Made by a program: the position numbers and the translations under genes. This document shows positions 14,654 to 22,991 of a stretch of 64,000 nucleotides of DNA, piece by piece. Below the pieces are notes generated by a model. It was given only the letters and a program-made list of their open reading frames with translations. It was not told where the DNA came from and searched no databases. Position 1 is the first letter of the stretch. Every line of letters starts with the position of its first letter. The stretch spans positions 64,001 through 128,000 of the forward strand of contig JBGAGQ010000006.1 in NCBI GenBank assembly GCA_044226625.1. Direction: 5' to 3'. The DNA is from Thermoanaerobaculia bacterium (GTDB lineage: Bacteria; Acidobacteriota; Thermoanaerobaculia; Multivoradales; UBA5704).

Positions 14654-15355
14654 TCAGAAGGATTCGCCCGGCCGGAGCGCGACCATCTCGCACGCGGCGC
14701 CGAGTTGATCGAGCGACCGCGAGAATTGCTCCGGCGTTCCCGTGAGAGCCGGGAACGTTCCCCAGTGGATCGGGATGACTTTGCGGACGCCAAGGAAGCG
14801 GGCCGCGCGTGCCGCCTCCTCGGGGCCCATGGTGAAGAGGTCGCCGATCGGCAAGAACGCGAGCTCCGGACGATGGAGCTCGCCGATCAACTGGAGATCG
14901 GAAAAGAGGGCGGTGTCCCCGGCATGGTAGAAGGTGAAGCCCTGCGGCATGGCGACGACGAAACCCGAGGCGATCCCCCCGTACGAGCCGTCGGGAAGCC
15001 CGCTCGAATGGTCGGCGCGCACCATCGTGACCCGCATTCCGAGGACGTCCTGACAGCCACCGAGATTCATCCCCGATCCGTTTTCGACCCCCTGCGCCTT
15101 GAGCCAGGTGACGATCTCGTAGTTGGCGATCACCCGGGCGCCGAAACGCTTCGCCAGCTCGGCCACGGAGCCGATGTGATCGGAATGCCCGTGGGTCACC
15201 AGGATCGCGTCGAGACGGGAGAGATCCTTGCCCGAAGGGGGGCAGGAGGGATTGTCCAACCACGGATCGATCAGGACGACCTCGCCCCCGGGCAGATCGC
15301 AGCGCACGGTCGCATGGCCGAGGAAAGTGAACTTCGGACGTGGATGGTTGAACAT
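14654..15355 (-). CDS. UPF0173 metal-dependent hydrolase (MBL fold)
   Basis: FLGHAT, IDPW, THGHSDH, YHAGDT, LPIGD, PIHWGTF. Confidence 0.9.
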   Translation of the reverse strand: MFNHPRPKFTFLGHATVRCDLPGGEVVLIDPWLDNPSCPPSGKDLSRLDAILVTHGHSDHIGSVAELAKRFGARVIANYEIVTWLKAQGVENGSGMNLGGCQDVLGMRVTMVRADHSSGLPDGSYGGIASGFVVAMPQGFTFYHAGDTALFSDLQLIGELHRPELAFLPIGDLFTMGPEEAARAARFLGVRKVIPIHWGTFPALTGTPEQFSRSLDQLGAACEMVALRPGESF

Positions 15356-15529
15356 GACGGCTCCTCCTAACGCGATCGACGAGAACGGGCGGCGAACGAC
15401 ACGGGGCCTCCCGGCTCCGAACCGCATGGCTCCGACGGGAACCTGCGAGATTCTAAACCTCGCTCGGCGATCGGGCGACAGGCGGATGGTAGAGTTTCAC
15501 GCCAAACTTCAAGGGAGGGAGGCCCCGAA

Positions 15530-16003
15530 ATGACCGGTTCGAGCTGGATCCTCTTCTTTCACGTCCTCGCCGCGCTGTGGCTCACGGCGGGCGTCTTCGG
15601 CAGCACGGTCATCCGAGCGCAGACCCGCAAAGCGAGGGACTTCAAGGCCAAGGCGTTCGGCGTTCGCCTGCTCGGCCGCTCGATGAAGGTGTTCTCGATC
15701 CCCGGCTCGATCGTGTCCGGACTGCTCGGCTTCTACCTCGTGAGCGCTCGCGGCTTTCGCTTCGACGAGCTCTGGGTCACCCTGTCGTCCGCGATCTGGT
15801 TCTTCATGGTCATGATCACGCTGTTCTACATCGCTCCCAAGGTCCTTCGGCTGGCTGCCGCAGTCGAGGCCGCCCTCGCGGCCGGGCAGCCGAATCCGGA
15901 GCTCGACCGGATGATGGCGAACAAGCTGCCTGGAATCCTCGCCGACGTCAACGCCCTGGGCATCGTCATCCTGGTGCTGCTCATGTCGGTCAAGCCGGCC
16001 TGA
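15530..16003 (+). CDS. DUF2269-like integral membrane protein
   Basis: Four hydrophobic segments, HVLAA N-terminus, LMSVKP C-terminus; RBS GGAGG. Confidence 0.75.
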   Translation: MTGSSWILFFHVLAALWLTAGVFGSTVIRAQTRKARDFKAKAFGVRLLGRSMKVFSIPGSIVSGLLGFYLVSARGFRFDELWVTLSSAIWFFMVMITLFYIAPKVLRLAAAVEAALAAGQPNPELDRMMANKLPGILADVNALGIVILVLLMSVKPA

Positions 16004-16024
16004 GGCCGGACGAAGGTACCGGTC

Positions 16025-16062
16025 AAAAAGCGAACGCGGCCGGAAACCACCCGGCCGCGTTC
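16025..16062 (-). terminator. Intrinsic terminator between convergent genes
   Basis: Perfect 12-bp stem GAACGCGGCCGG/CCGGCCGCGTTC with T-run on the minus strand. Confidence 0.65.
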
Positions 16063-16106
16063 TAGCATTTGGTCCCAAAGCCCGGCCCGCTCACGCGGGC
16101 TTGACC

Positions 16107-16451
16107 TCAGACCTGAAACTGACGAAAGAAGTTGTCGCGGAGCTTGGCGTTGAACGGGTGCTCGGTCAGACGGTAGTAGATCGTCTGGGCGTCGCGGCGC
16201 GGCGCAACCAAGCCGTAAGCCTTCAGCTTCGCCAGGTGCTGGGAGACCGCGGAGACCGACACGCCGAGCATCTCGGCCAGGTCGCACACGCAGAGCTCCT
16301 TCATGTTGTCGAGCAGGTAGAGCAGCTTGAGGCGGGTCGAATTGCCCGCGAGGTTCATCAACTCCGCTGCTTCTTCGATATCCGGGGTGCCTTCGAGGTT
16401 CTGCCGGATCTGGGCCATCTCTTTCGAGGACATGTTGGCTGGGGTCTTCAT
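16107..16451 (-). CDS. ArsR/SmtB family transcriptional regulator
   Basis: RLKLLYLL...ELCVCDLA...SAVSQHLAKLK...IYYRL; RBS GGAGG. Confidence 0.92.
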   Translation of the reverse strand: MKTPANMSSKEMAQIRQNLEGTPDIEEAAELMNLAGNSTRLKLLYLLDNMKELCVCDLAEMLGVSVSAVSQHLAKLKAYGLVAPRRDAQTIYYRLTEHPFNAKLRDNFFRQFQV

Positions 16452-16620
16452 GGTCTCACTACCTCCGAGGTCAAGTGTGTACAGAAATTACAGCGTTTAT
16501 GAGAACCGTCCGTCAGACGTCCGGGTTTCGCCGTCACGAACCATCAACTCGACCCGATGTAACCGGTGCCGCTCCCCCTACCCGAACCATCGGAGCCTCC
16601 GTATCTGTGGAGTTTCTCCG

Positions 16621-16640
16621 ATCGTTGAAACGATATTATA
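16621..16640 (-). promoter_or_regulatory. -10 box (TATAAT) with adjacent 6-2-6 palindrome, candidate ArsR operator
   Basis: ATCGTT-GA-AACGAT at 16621-16634 directly downstream of minus-strand TATAAT (16635-16640). Confidence 0.5.
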
Positions 16641-16859
16641 GAGACTCTGAACCAGAAATCTAGAGGGAAAGTGAATTTTCTTTCGGAAATTTGTCTCGCT
16701 TTGCCTGTCGTCACGCACCTTGTTGGTGGTCGCCTTCGATTCTTCGCATTTCCGTGGCGTCGACGCGGCATTTTTACTGGACTTTTCAGAAAGGGGCAGG
16801 GCGGCTTTCCCGGCCCGCGCGTCCCCGGCGGCCGCGCCCCATGCCTCCACCCCTCCTTG

Positions 16860-16879
16860 TATAATCCGAACGAAAGGAG
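16860..16879 (+). promoter_or_regulatory. -10 box and RBS of the Rdx selenoprotein gene
   Basis: TATAAT 16860-16865; GAAAGGAG 16872-16879 ahead of ATG 16887. Confidence 0.55.
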
Positions 16880-16886
16880 AGTTTGG

Positions 16887-17120
16887 ATGGATCACCGATT
16901 TGTCATCGAATACTGCACTTCCTGAGGCTACCTGCCACGAGCCGCCGGTCTGGCGGACGAGATCAAGCGCAAGTTCGGCCTCGAAGCTCGCCTGGTCAAA
17001 GGGCATGGCGGGGTCTTTCACGTGACCCTCGACGACGAGGTCGTTTTCTCCAAGAAGCAGGCGGGGCGCTTCCCGGAACCGGGCGAAGTCGCCGGAACCC
17101 TCGCGGCGAAGCTCGGCTGA
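16887..17120 (+). CDS. Rdx/SelW-like selenoprotein (CxxU), UGA at 16923-16925 recoded as Sec
   Basis: Read-through gives MDHRFVIEYCTSUGYLPRAAGLADEIKRKFGLEARLVKGHGGVFHVTLDDEVVFSKKQAGRFPEPGEVAGTLAAKLG; Rdx motifs IEYCxxU, GGVFxV, FSK...RFP; selB in the window. Confidence 0.9.
16942..16956 (+). other. Putative bacterial SECIS element
   Basis: Hairpin CCGCC-GGTCT-GGCGG starting 16 nt after the UGA; GGUCU as at the tip of the E. coli fdhF SECIS. Confidence 0.75.
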
Positions 17121-17246
17121 AATCCGGACGGTCATACGACATCCGGACGCTCGCCGGGGACGGGTTGACCAGGGACCGAAGCGGCTCGAGACTCGAGACC
17201 TCTCCTCGCCCTGCCTCAGATCCCTGGCGTCCCTGGTATCCATAAA

Positions 17247-18350
17247 TTGACCTGGGTCTTCCTTTTCGCTCTCGTCATCTCGGGCGGCCTGCTCGCCGCC
17301 GCGGTCGTAGTCGAGGAGCGCCGTCGATCGGCGCCCTCCCTCCCTCCCGCTCGACTCCCTTCTCCGGCTAATGCAGCCCTCGTGCCCGTTCGCAATGAAG
17401 AACGGAACGTCGTGCCGTGCGTCGACGCGCTGCTCGCCCAAACCTCGGCGCCGCGAATCCTCGTCCTCGACGACGGATCGACCGACCGGACCGCCGCGCT
17501 CGCGCGCGAACGATTCAGCGCCTCGGCGCAGGTCGAGCTCCACACGGTCGATCCGCTCGCCGCCGGATGGCGCGGCAAGGTGCACGCCCTCGATTTCGGC
17601 TGGCGAAAGCTCGACGCTCCGTGGATCCTCACCACCGACGCGGACGCGCGCTCGGCTCCGGACCTACTCGCCGCGGCGCTCTCGGAAGCCGAGCGGGGAA
17701 ACTTCGCCGCCCTCTCGATCGCGGGCCGCCAAGAGGTTCGGGGTCTGGGCGAGAACCTCCTCACGCCCGTCGCCTACGCGTACCTGGACTTCCTCCTCGG
17801 GGACTGGGGGCCGGCCGCCCAGGGCACGGGGCCGGCGGTCGCGAACGGCCAGTTCCTCCTGCTGCGGCGCGACGCCTGGAACGCCGTCGGGGGATTTGCC
17901 CGTGTAAGAAATGCACCGATGGACGACGTTGCGATCGCCGGGGCTCTCCAGGAGGCGGGATACCGCACCGCTTTCTTCCGCTCCCCGCTGCTGTCGGTCC
18001 GGATGTACGTCGGGGGTCGCGAGACCTGGGCCGGATGGCGCCGCATCCTCGGCTGTCTGTTCGGCGGCGAGACCGGACGGCTCGCCCGGCTGGTCGCCGC
18101 GATGACGCTCCCCGCGGCGCTGCTCGCCACGGCGCTCTGTCGGGGAGATTGGACGTCGGCCGCCCTGCTCTGGACGGGGGGAGTGGCGGCCTCCGCGATT
18201 CTGCGCCGCGGCGGCGGTAACTCTCCTGCCTACGGCTTGATCTTCCCCCTCGACGCCCTTGCCCTCGCGGCGATCGCGACGCTCTGCGCCCTCGACCACC
18301 GCCGCGGCCGGCTGGCCTCTTGGAAGGGGCGGCCGATGGACCTCACCTGA
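17247..18350 (+). CDS. Membrane glycosyltransferase family 2 (CrtQ/HpnI-like)
   Basis: VPVRNEE, DDGSTD, GWRGKVHA, TDAD, ANGQF, DD; TTG start uncertain. Confidence 0.85.
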   Translation: MTWVFLFALVISGGLLAAAVVVEERRRSAPSLPPARLPSPANAALVPVRNEERNVVPCVDALLAQTSAPRILVLDDGSTDRTAALARERFSASAQVELHTVDPLAAGWRGKVHALDFGWRKLDAPWILTTDADARSAPDLLAAALSEAERGNFAALSIAGRQEVRGLGENLLTPVAYAYLDFLLGDWGPAAQGTGPAVANGQFLLLRRDAWNAVGGFARVRNAPMDDVAIAGALQEAGYRTAFFRSPLLSVRMYVGGRETWAGWRRILGCLFGGETGRLARLVAAMTLPAALLATALCRGDWTSAALLWTGGVAASAILRRGGGNSPAYGLIFPLDALALAAIATLCALDHRRGRLASWKGRPMDLT

Positions 18351-18408
18351 CGAAGCTCCGAAGCTCTGCCCGGGCCGCCCCTTCCGAACCGACCGAACGG
18401 CAGGAGGA

Positions 18409-18744
18409 TCAGCAGCAGCTGATCACGGGATCACAGGACGCCCCACCGCAGTCCGCGTTGGTTCGACAACGAGCCGTCGAACAGCCGCAGTGGCAGTAGC
18501 CGAGGCGCGCCAGAAAGGTCGGCTCGGGCACGCCCAGATCGGCGGCCGGCCGCGTGCCGCAGGCCTTGGGCGCGGTGCTCACCCCCGCTTCCGGGAAGAG
18601 GCTCAAGGCATCGACACCGCAAGCGGGGGCCTGGACCGCGGCGGCGGGAGCCGGGCCGGCCTTCTCGGCCGCCCCGCTCGGCAGGGCGATGACGGCAAAG
18701 GCGAGGACGACAAAGACCAGAGGCAGGAGTTTCATACGGCTCAT
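18409..18744 (-). CDS. Secreted cysteine-rich small protein (prepro-peptide-like)
   Basis: Signal peptide, Ala/Pro-rich spacer, C-terminal core with 8 Cys in 28 aa; RBS GGAAGGA. Confidence 0.8.
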   Translation of the reverse strand: MSRMKLLPLVFVVLAFAVIALPSGAAEKAGPAPAAAVQAPACGVDALSLFPEAGVSTAPKACGTRPAADLGVPEPTFLARLGYCHCGCSTARCRTNADCGGASCDPVISCC

Positions 18745-18900
18745 CGCGTTCCTTCCCTTCTCCCGAGGGGAAAACGGGGCGCGGCTACCGCGTCCCTAAA
18801 GAATCGAGTGTGAAAGGCGAGACGAAGGGCGACGGCGAATCTTGCTATCCTCCGGAAACACTTCGAGTCTTCTCCGTCCTCTCATGAAGGGGGAACCGGC

Positions 18901-20034
18901 ATGGCGGCTGCTCCAGGCGAGCCGAGCGGGGGGCAAGGGACGCCGGGGACCGCCCGTGCCTCGGTCGAGGTCGAGGGCGTCCGGCGGACGTTCGGCTCGT
19001 TCGTGGCGCTCGATCACGTCTCGCTCGCGATCCGCCCGGGCGAGTTCCTGACCCTGCTCGGGCCCTCCGGTTGTGGCAAAACGACGCTCCTGCGGATCCT
19101 CGCCGGGCTGGACGCCGCCGACGAGGGGACCGTGCGGATCGACGGCGACGACGTGGGGGAGATCCCCGCACATCGGCGACCGGTCAATACCGTTTTCCAG
19201 TCGTACGCCCTGTTTCCTCATCTTTCGGTGCGCGACAACGTGGCGTTCGGACTGCGCATGAAGAAGGTGCCGGAGGCCGAGATCACCCACCGGGTCGACC
19301 GGATGCTCGACCTGGTGCGGATCGACGCGTTCGCCGACCGCAAGCCCGCCCAGCTGTCCGGCGGCCAGAAGCAGCGCGTCGCGCTCGCCCGCGCCCTGAT
19401 CAACGAGCCGAAAGTGCTGCTGCTCGACGAGCCACTCGGCGCGCTCGACTCGAAGCTCCGCAAGGAGCTCCAGGTCGAGCTCCTCGCCCTCCAGCGCCGC
19501 CTCGGCATCACCTTCGTGTTCGTCACCCACGACCAAGAAGAGGCGCTGGTGATGAGCGACCGGATCGCGGTCATGCGCGCGGGCCGGATCGAGCAGCTGG
19601 GCGACGCCGAGGAGATCTACGAGCGGCCTCGGACCCGTTTCGTCAGCCAATTCCTCGGCACCTGCAACCTGGTCGAAGGAAGCGAGGTCGGCCGGGACGG
19701 CCTCGCGCTCCGCGTCGAGACGCCGCTCGGCGTGCTTCGGGTGGAAGGGCACGGCGCGGCCTCCGGGGAGCGTCGCGAACGGCTCACCCTGGCGATCCGG
19801 CCGGAGAAAGTGCGCCTCGCACCCGCGGGGGAGGAAGGCGAGAACCGCGTCCCGGTCGCCGTCCGCGAGCTGATCTACATCGGATCCGAGACCCATTACC
19901 TGCTCGACGCCCCCGAGGGCATGACGCTCACCGCCTTCGCGATGAACGCGCGGGTGGGCTCCCAAGGGTTCGACCTGGGGCAGCCGGCGACCGCGATCCT
20001 CCCTCCGGCGGGCCTCCTGGTGCTCGACGACTGA
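18901..20034 (+). CDS. potA: Spermidine/putrescine ABC transporter ATPase
   Basis: GPSGCGKT, VNTVFQSYALFPHL, LSGGQ, LLLDEP, TOBE domain. Confidence 0.92.
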   Translation: MAAAPGEPSGGQGTPGTARASVEVEGVRRTFGSFVALDHVSLAIRPGEFLTLLGPSGCGKTTLLRILAGLDAADEGTVRIDGDDVGEIPAHRRPVNTVFQSYALFPHLSVRDNVAFGLRMKKVPEAEITHRVDRMLDLVRIDAFADRKPAQLSGGQKQRVALARALINEPKVLLLDEPLGALDSKLRKELQVELLALQRRLGITFVFVTHDQEEALVMSDRIAVMRAGRIEQLGDAEEIYERPRTRFVSQFLGTCNLVEGSEVGRDGLALRVETPLGVLRVEGHGAASGERRERLTLAIRPEKVRLAPAGEEGENRVPVAVRELIYIGSETHYLLDAPEGMTLTAFAMNARVGSQGFDLGQPATAILPPAGLLVLDD

Positions 20035-20969
20035 TGAGCCCCCGTTCGCGCGGCGCTCGGCGGATCGAGATCCGATTCGGGGAACGGCTCACGCCAGCGG
20101 GGCAGCTCGTCCGTTCCGCGCTCACGAGCGGCCCCGGCATCTTTTGGGTCTCCGTCTTCCTGCTCGCCCCGCTGCTCGCGGTGATCGGGATGAGCCTGTT
20201 CACCCGCGGTCCGTACGGCGACTACGGTCCCCCGCTCTCCTTCGCGAACTTCGTCCGGCTCGCCGGGTTCGGCGCCTTCGGATTCGACCCGCTCTATCCG
20301 CTGGTGATCGCGCGGAGCCTGACGCTCGCCGCGGGGACGACCCTGGTATGCCTCGTCGCCGGTTTCCCACTGGCCTACTTCATCGTCCGCCTGCCGCTGC
20401 GGGCCAAGCAGGTCGCGCTCACTCTCGTGGTGATCCCGTTCTGGACCAACCTGCTGATCCGGACCTATGCGTGGCAGATCCTGCTCGGACCCGCGAGCTG
20501 GATCGCGAAGGCCGCCGGAGCGCTCCACCTGATCGAGCCCGGTCGGCCGCTCTATCCGAGTCTCGGCGCGGTCTATCTGGGGATGCTCGCCGCCTACCTG
20601 CCGTTCTTCGTCCTACCGCTCTATTCGTCGTTCGAGAAGCTCGACTGGTCGATCCCCGAGGCGGCGATGGATCTCGGTGCCGACGCGCCCCGGGTCCTCC
20701 GCCACGCGATCCTCCCGCAGGTCCTCCCCGGGATGATCGCCGGGATGATCCTCGTCTTCATCCCGGCGGTCGGCCAGTTCGTGATCCCCGACCTGCTCGG
20801 CGGAGCGCGGACGGTCCTGCTCGGCAACGCGATCCAGCAGCAGTTCGGCGCCAGCCGCGATTGGCCGTTCGGCGCGGCGATCGCCTTCGTCGGCATGGCG
20901 GTCGTGATGCTCGGCCTCTCGTTCTACGCCCGCACGGCGGGCAAGGACAGCGAGGAGGCCCTGCTGTGA
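20034..20969 (+). CDS. potB: Polyamine ABC transporter permease
   Basis: PFWTNLLIRTYAW, EAAMDLGA, DWPFGAA. Confidence 0.9.
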   Translation: MSPRSRGARRIEIRFGERLTPAGQLVRSALTSGPGIFWVSVFLLAPLLAVIGMSLFTRGPYGDYGPPLSFANFVRLAGFGAFGFDPLYPLVIARSLTLAAGTTLVCLVAGFPLAYFIVRLPLRAKQVALTLVVIPFWTNLLIRTYAWQILLGPASWIAKAAGALHLIEPGRPLYPSLGAVYLGMLAAYLPFFVLPLYSSFEKLDWSIPEAAMDLGADAPRVLRHAILPQVLPGMIAGMILVFIPAVGQFVIPDLLGGARTVLLGNAIQQQFGASRDWPFGAAIAFVGMAVVMLGLSFYARTAGKDSEEALL

Positions 20970-21769
20970 GGAAGCCTTCTCTCTCGCTTTGGCTCTGGGC
21001 CGCCGTGCTGTTCGTCTTCCTTTACGCGCCGATAGCCGTGGTGATGGTCTACTCGTTCAATTCCGCGCGCCACGGCGGCCCCTGGGCCGGCTTCACCCTC
21101 GATTGGTACGCCAAGCTGTTCGACAGCCGGGAAAAACTCGACGCGGCGAAGAACACGTTGATCCTCGGCCTTACGAGCACCGGCATCGCGACCGTCTTGG
21201 GAACGCTGCTCGGCTATGGCCTCTCCCGGTACCGCTTTCCGGGCAAGAAGCTGTTCTCGCGCCTGATGTACATCCCGGTCGTGATCCCCGACATCGTGAT
21301 GGCGATCGCGATGCTCATGTTCTTCTCGCTGGTCCGCGAACGGCTCGGTCTGTTCGAGCTGGGAATGACGACGATGATCGTCGCCCACGTCACGTTCCAG
21401 ATTCCGTTCGTCGCGATCGTCATCCGCTCGCGCATGATCGGCATCGACCCGGGCATCGAGGAGGCCGCCCGCGACCTCGGCGCGACCGGGATCCAAACCT
21501 TCTGGCATGTGACGCTGCCGATGATCCTGCCCGCCGTGGTCGCCGGCGCGATGCTCGCGTTCACTCTGAGCCTGGATGACTTCGTGGTCAGCTTCTTCAC
21601 CACCGGACCGGGAGCCGACACGCTTCCGATCCTCATCTACTCCTCGGTCAAGCGGGGCATCACGCCCGACATCAACGCGCTGTCCACCTTGATCGTCCTC
21701 GTGTCGGTGATCGGAACCCTGGCCGGGCTCTTTCTCGAACGCCCGCGCCGCACCTCGGGAGAATCGTGA
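20966..21769 (+). CDS. potC: Polyamine ABC transporter permease
   Basis: FLYAPI...YSFN, EEAARDLGA, FTLSLDDF, PDINA; GTG start. Confidence 0.9.
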   Translation: MRKPSLSLWLWAAVLFVFLYAPIAVVMVYSFNSARHGGPWAGFTLDWYAKLFDSREKLDAAKNTLILGLTSTGIATVLGTLLGYGLSRYRFPGKKLFSRLMYIPVVIPDIVMAIAMLMFFSLVRERLGLFELGMTTMIVAHVTFQIPFVAIVIRSRMIGIDPGIEEAARDLGATGIQTFWHVTLPMILPAVVAGAMLAFTLSLDDFVVSFFTTGPGADTLPILIYSSVKRGITPDINALSTLIVLVSVIGTLAGLFLERPRRTSGES

Positions 21770-22890
21770 TGCGCAAGCAACGCTCGGTCTGGTTCGGTTT
21801 GACACTCGTCGGGGCCCTGGCGGGAACGCTCGTCGGGGCGCTCGCCTGCGGCAAGAAAGCCGAGACGCCGCCCGCCTCCGGCGGTTCCGAGGTCGCCGGA
21901 TCGACCGCGCCCGCCGGATCCTGCGCGGTCAACCTCTTCATCTGGAGCGAGTACATCGACCCAGAGATCGTTAAGGCGTTCGAGCAGAAGTACTCCTGCA
22001 AGGTGACCACCGAGGTGTACGAGGACAACGAGAGCATGATCGCGAAGCTCCAGGCCGGCGGCACTTCGCAATACGACATCGCCGTGCCGAGCAGCTACGT
22101 GGTCCCCGGGATGATCCACCTCGGCCTCCTCGCCGAGCTTCGGCACGAGAACCTCCCGAACCTCGCAAACCTCGATCCGAAATTCGCCAATCCGGCGTTC
22201 GACCCGGGCAACAAGTACACCGCGGCCTACCAGTGGGGAACCGTCGGCATCTACCTCCGGAAATCCCAAGCGAAGAACGTGAAGCCCTCCTGGGCCTTGC
22301 TGTTCGACAAGTCGAAGCAGCCCGGCACCTTCCTGATGATGGACTCGATCCGCGAGATGCTGGGCAGCGCGCTCAAGTTCCAGGGCAAGAGCGTCAACAC
22401 CACGAATCCGGCGGAGATCGAAGCCGCCGGCGATCTCCTGATCGAGGCGAAGAAGCGGTCGCAAGGTTTCGAGGGCGGGGTCGGAGGAAAGAACAAAGTG
22501 CTCGGCAAGGAGGTGGTGGCCGCCGTGGTCTACAACGGCGACGCCGTGCGAGGGATGGTCGACGATCCGGACACCCAGTTCTTCGTGCCGGAAGAGGGCG
22601 GCGTCATCTGGGTCGACAGCATGGTGATCCCGGCCAAGGCGCCGCACCGAGATTGGGCCGAGAAATTCATCGACTTCATCCTCGACGCCAAGGTGGGCGC
22701 TCAGCTCTCGAACTTCAACCAATACGCCACGCCGAACAAGGCCTCCCAGCCGATGATCAAACCGGAGGACCTCGCGAACACGGCGATCTATCCGACCCCG
22801 GAGATGATGGGCAAGCTCGAGCTGGTAGGCGACGTCGGCGACTCGCTCAAGCTGTACGACGAGATCTGGACGCGGGTGAAGTCGAAGTAG
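21766..22890 (+). CDS. potD: Polyamine ABC transporter substrate-binding lipoprotein
   Basis: Lipobox ALAC, WSEYID, YDIAVPSSY, YQWGT, PEEGGVIWVD. Confidence 0.9.
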   Translation: MMRKQRSVWFGLTLVGALAGTLVGALACGKKAETPPASGGSEVAGSTAPAGSCAVNLFIWSEYIDPEIVKAFEQKYSCKVTTEVYEDNESMIAKLQAGGTSQYDIAVPSSYVVPGMIHLGLLAELRHENLPNLANLDPKFANPAFDPGNKYTAAYQWGTVGIYLRKSQAKNVKPSWALLFDKSKQPGTFLMMDSIREMLGSALKFQGKSVNTTNPAEIEAAGDLLIEAKKRSQGFEGGVGGKNKVLGKEVVAAVVYNGDAVRGMVDDPDTQFFVPEEGGVIWVDSMVIPAKAPHRDWAEKFIDFILDAKVGAQLSNFNQYATPNKASQPMIKPEDLANTAIYPTPEMMGKLELVGDVGDSLKLYDEIWTRVKSK

Positions 22891-22991
22891 GCCGGCAAAT
22901 CGGCGAAGCCCGCGCGGAGCCCTCCGCGCGGAGCATCCGCGCAATCGAGGCGTTCCAGCAATCGGCCTTCCGATGATAGGTTGCCGCGACT

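Noticed and set aside
22891-22991. Lanthipeptide precursor gene adjacent to lanB
   Set aside because: Only about 100 nt, containing a hairpin; no credible RBS-led Ser/Thr/Cys-rich ORF.
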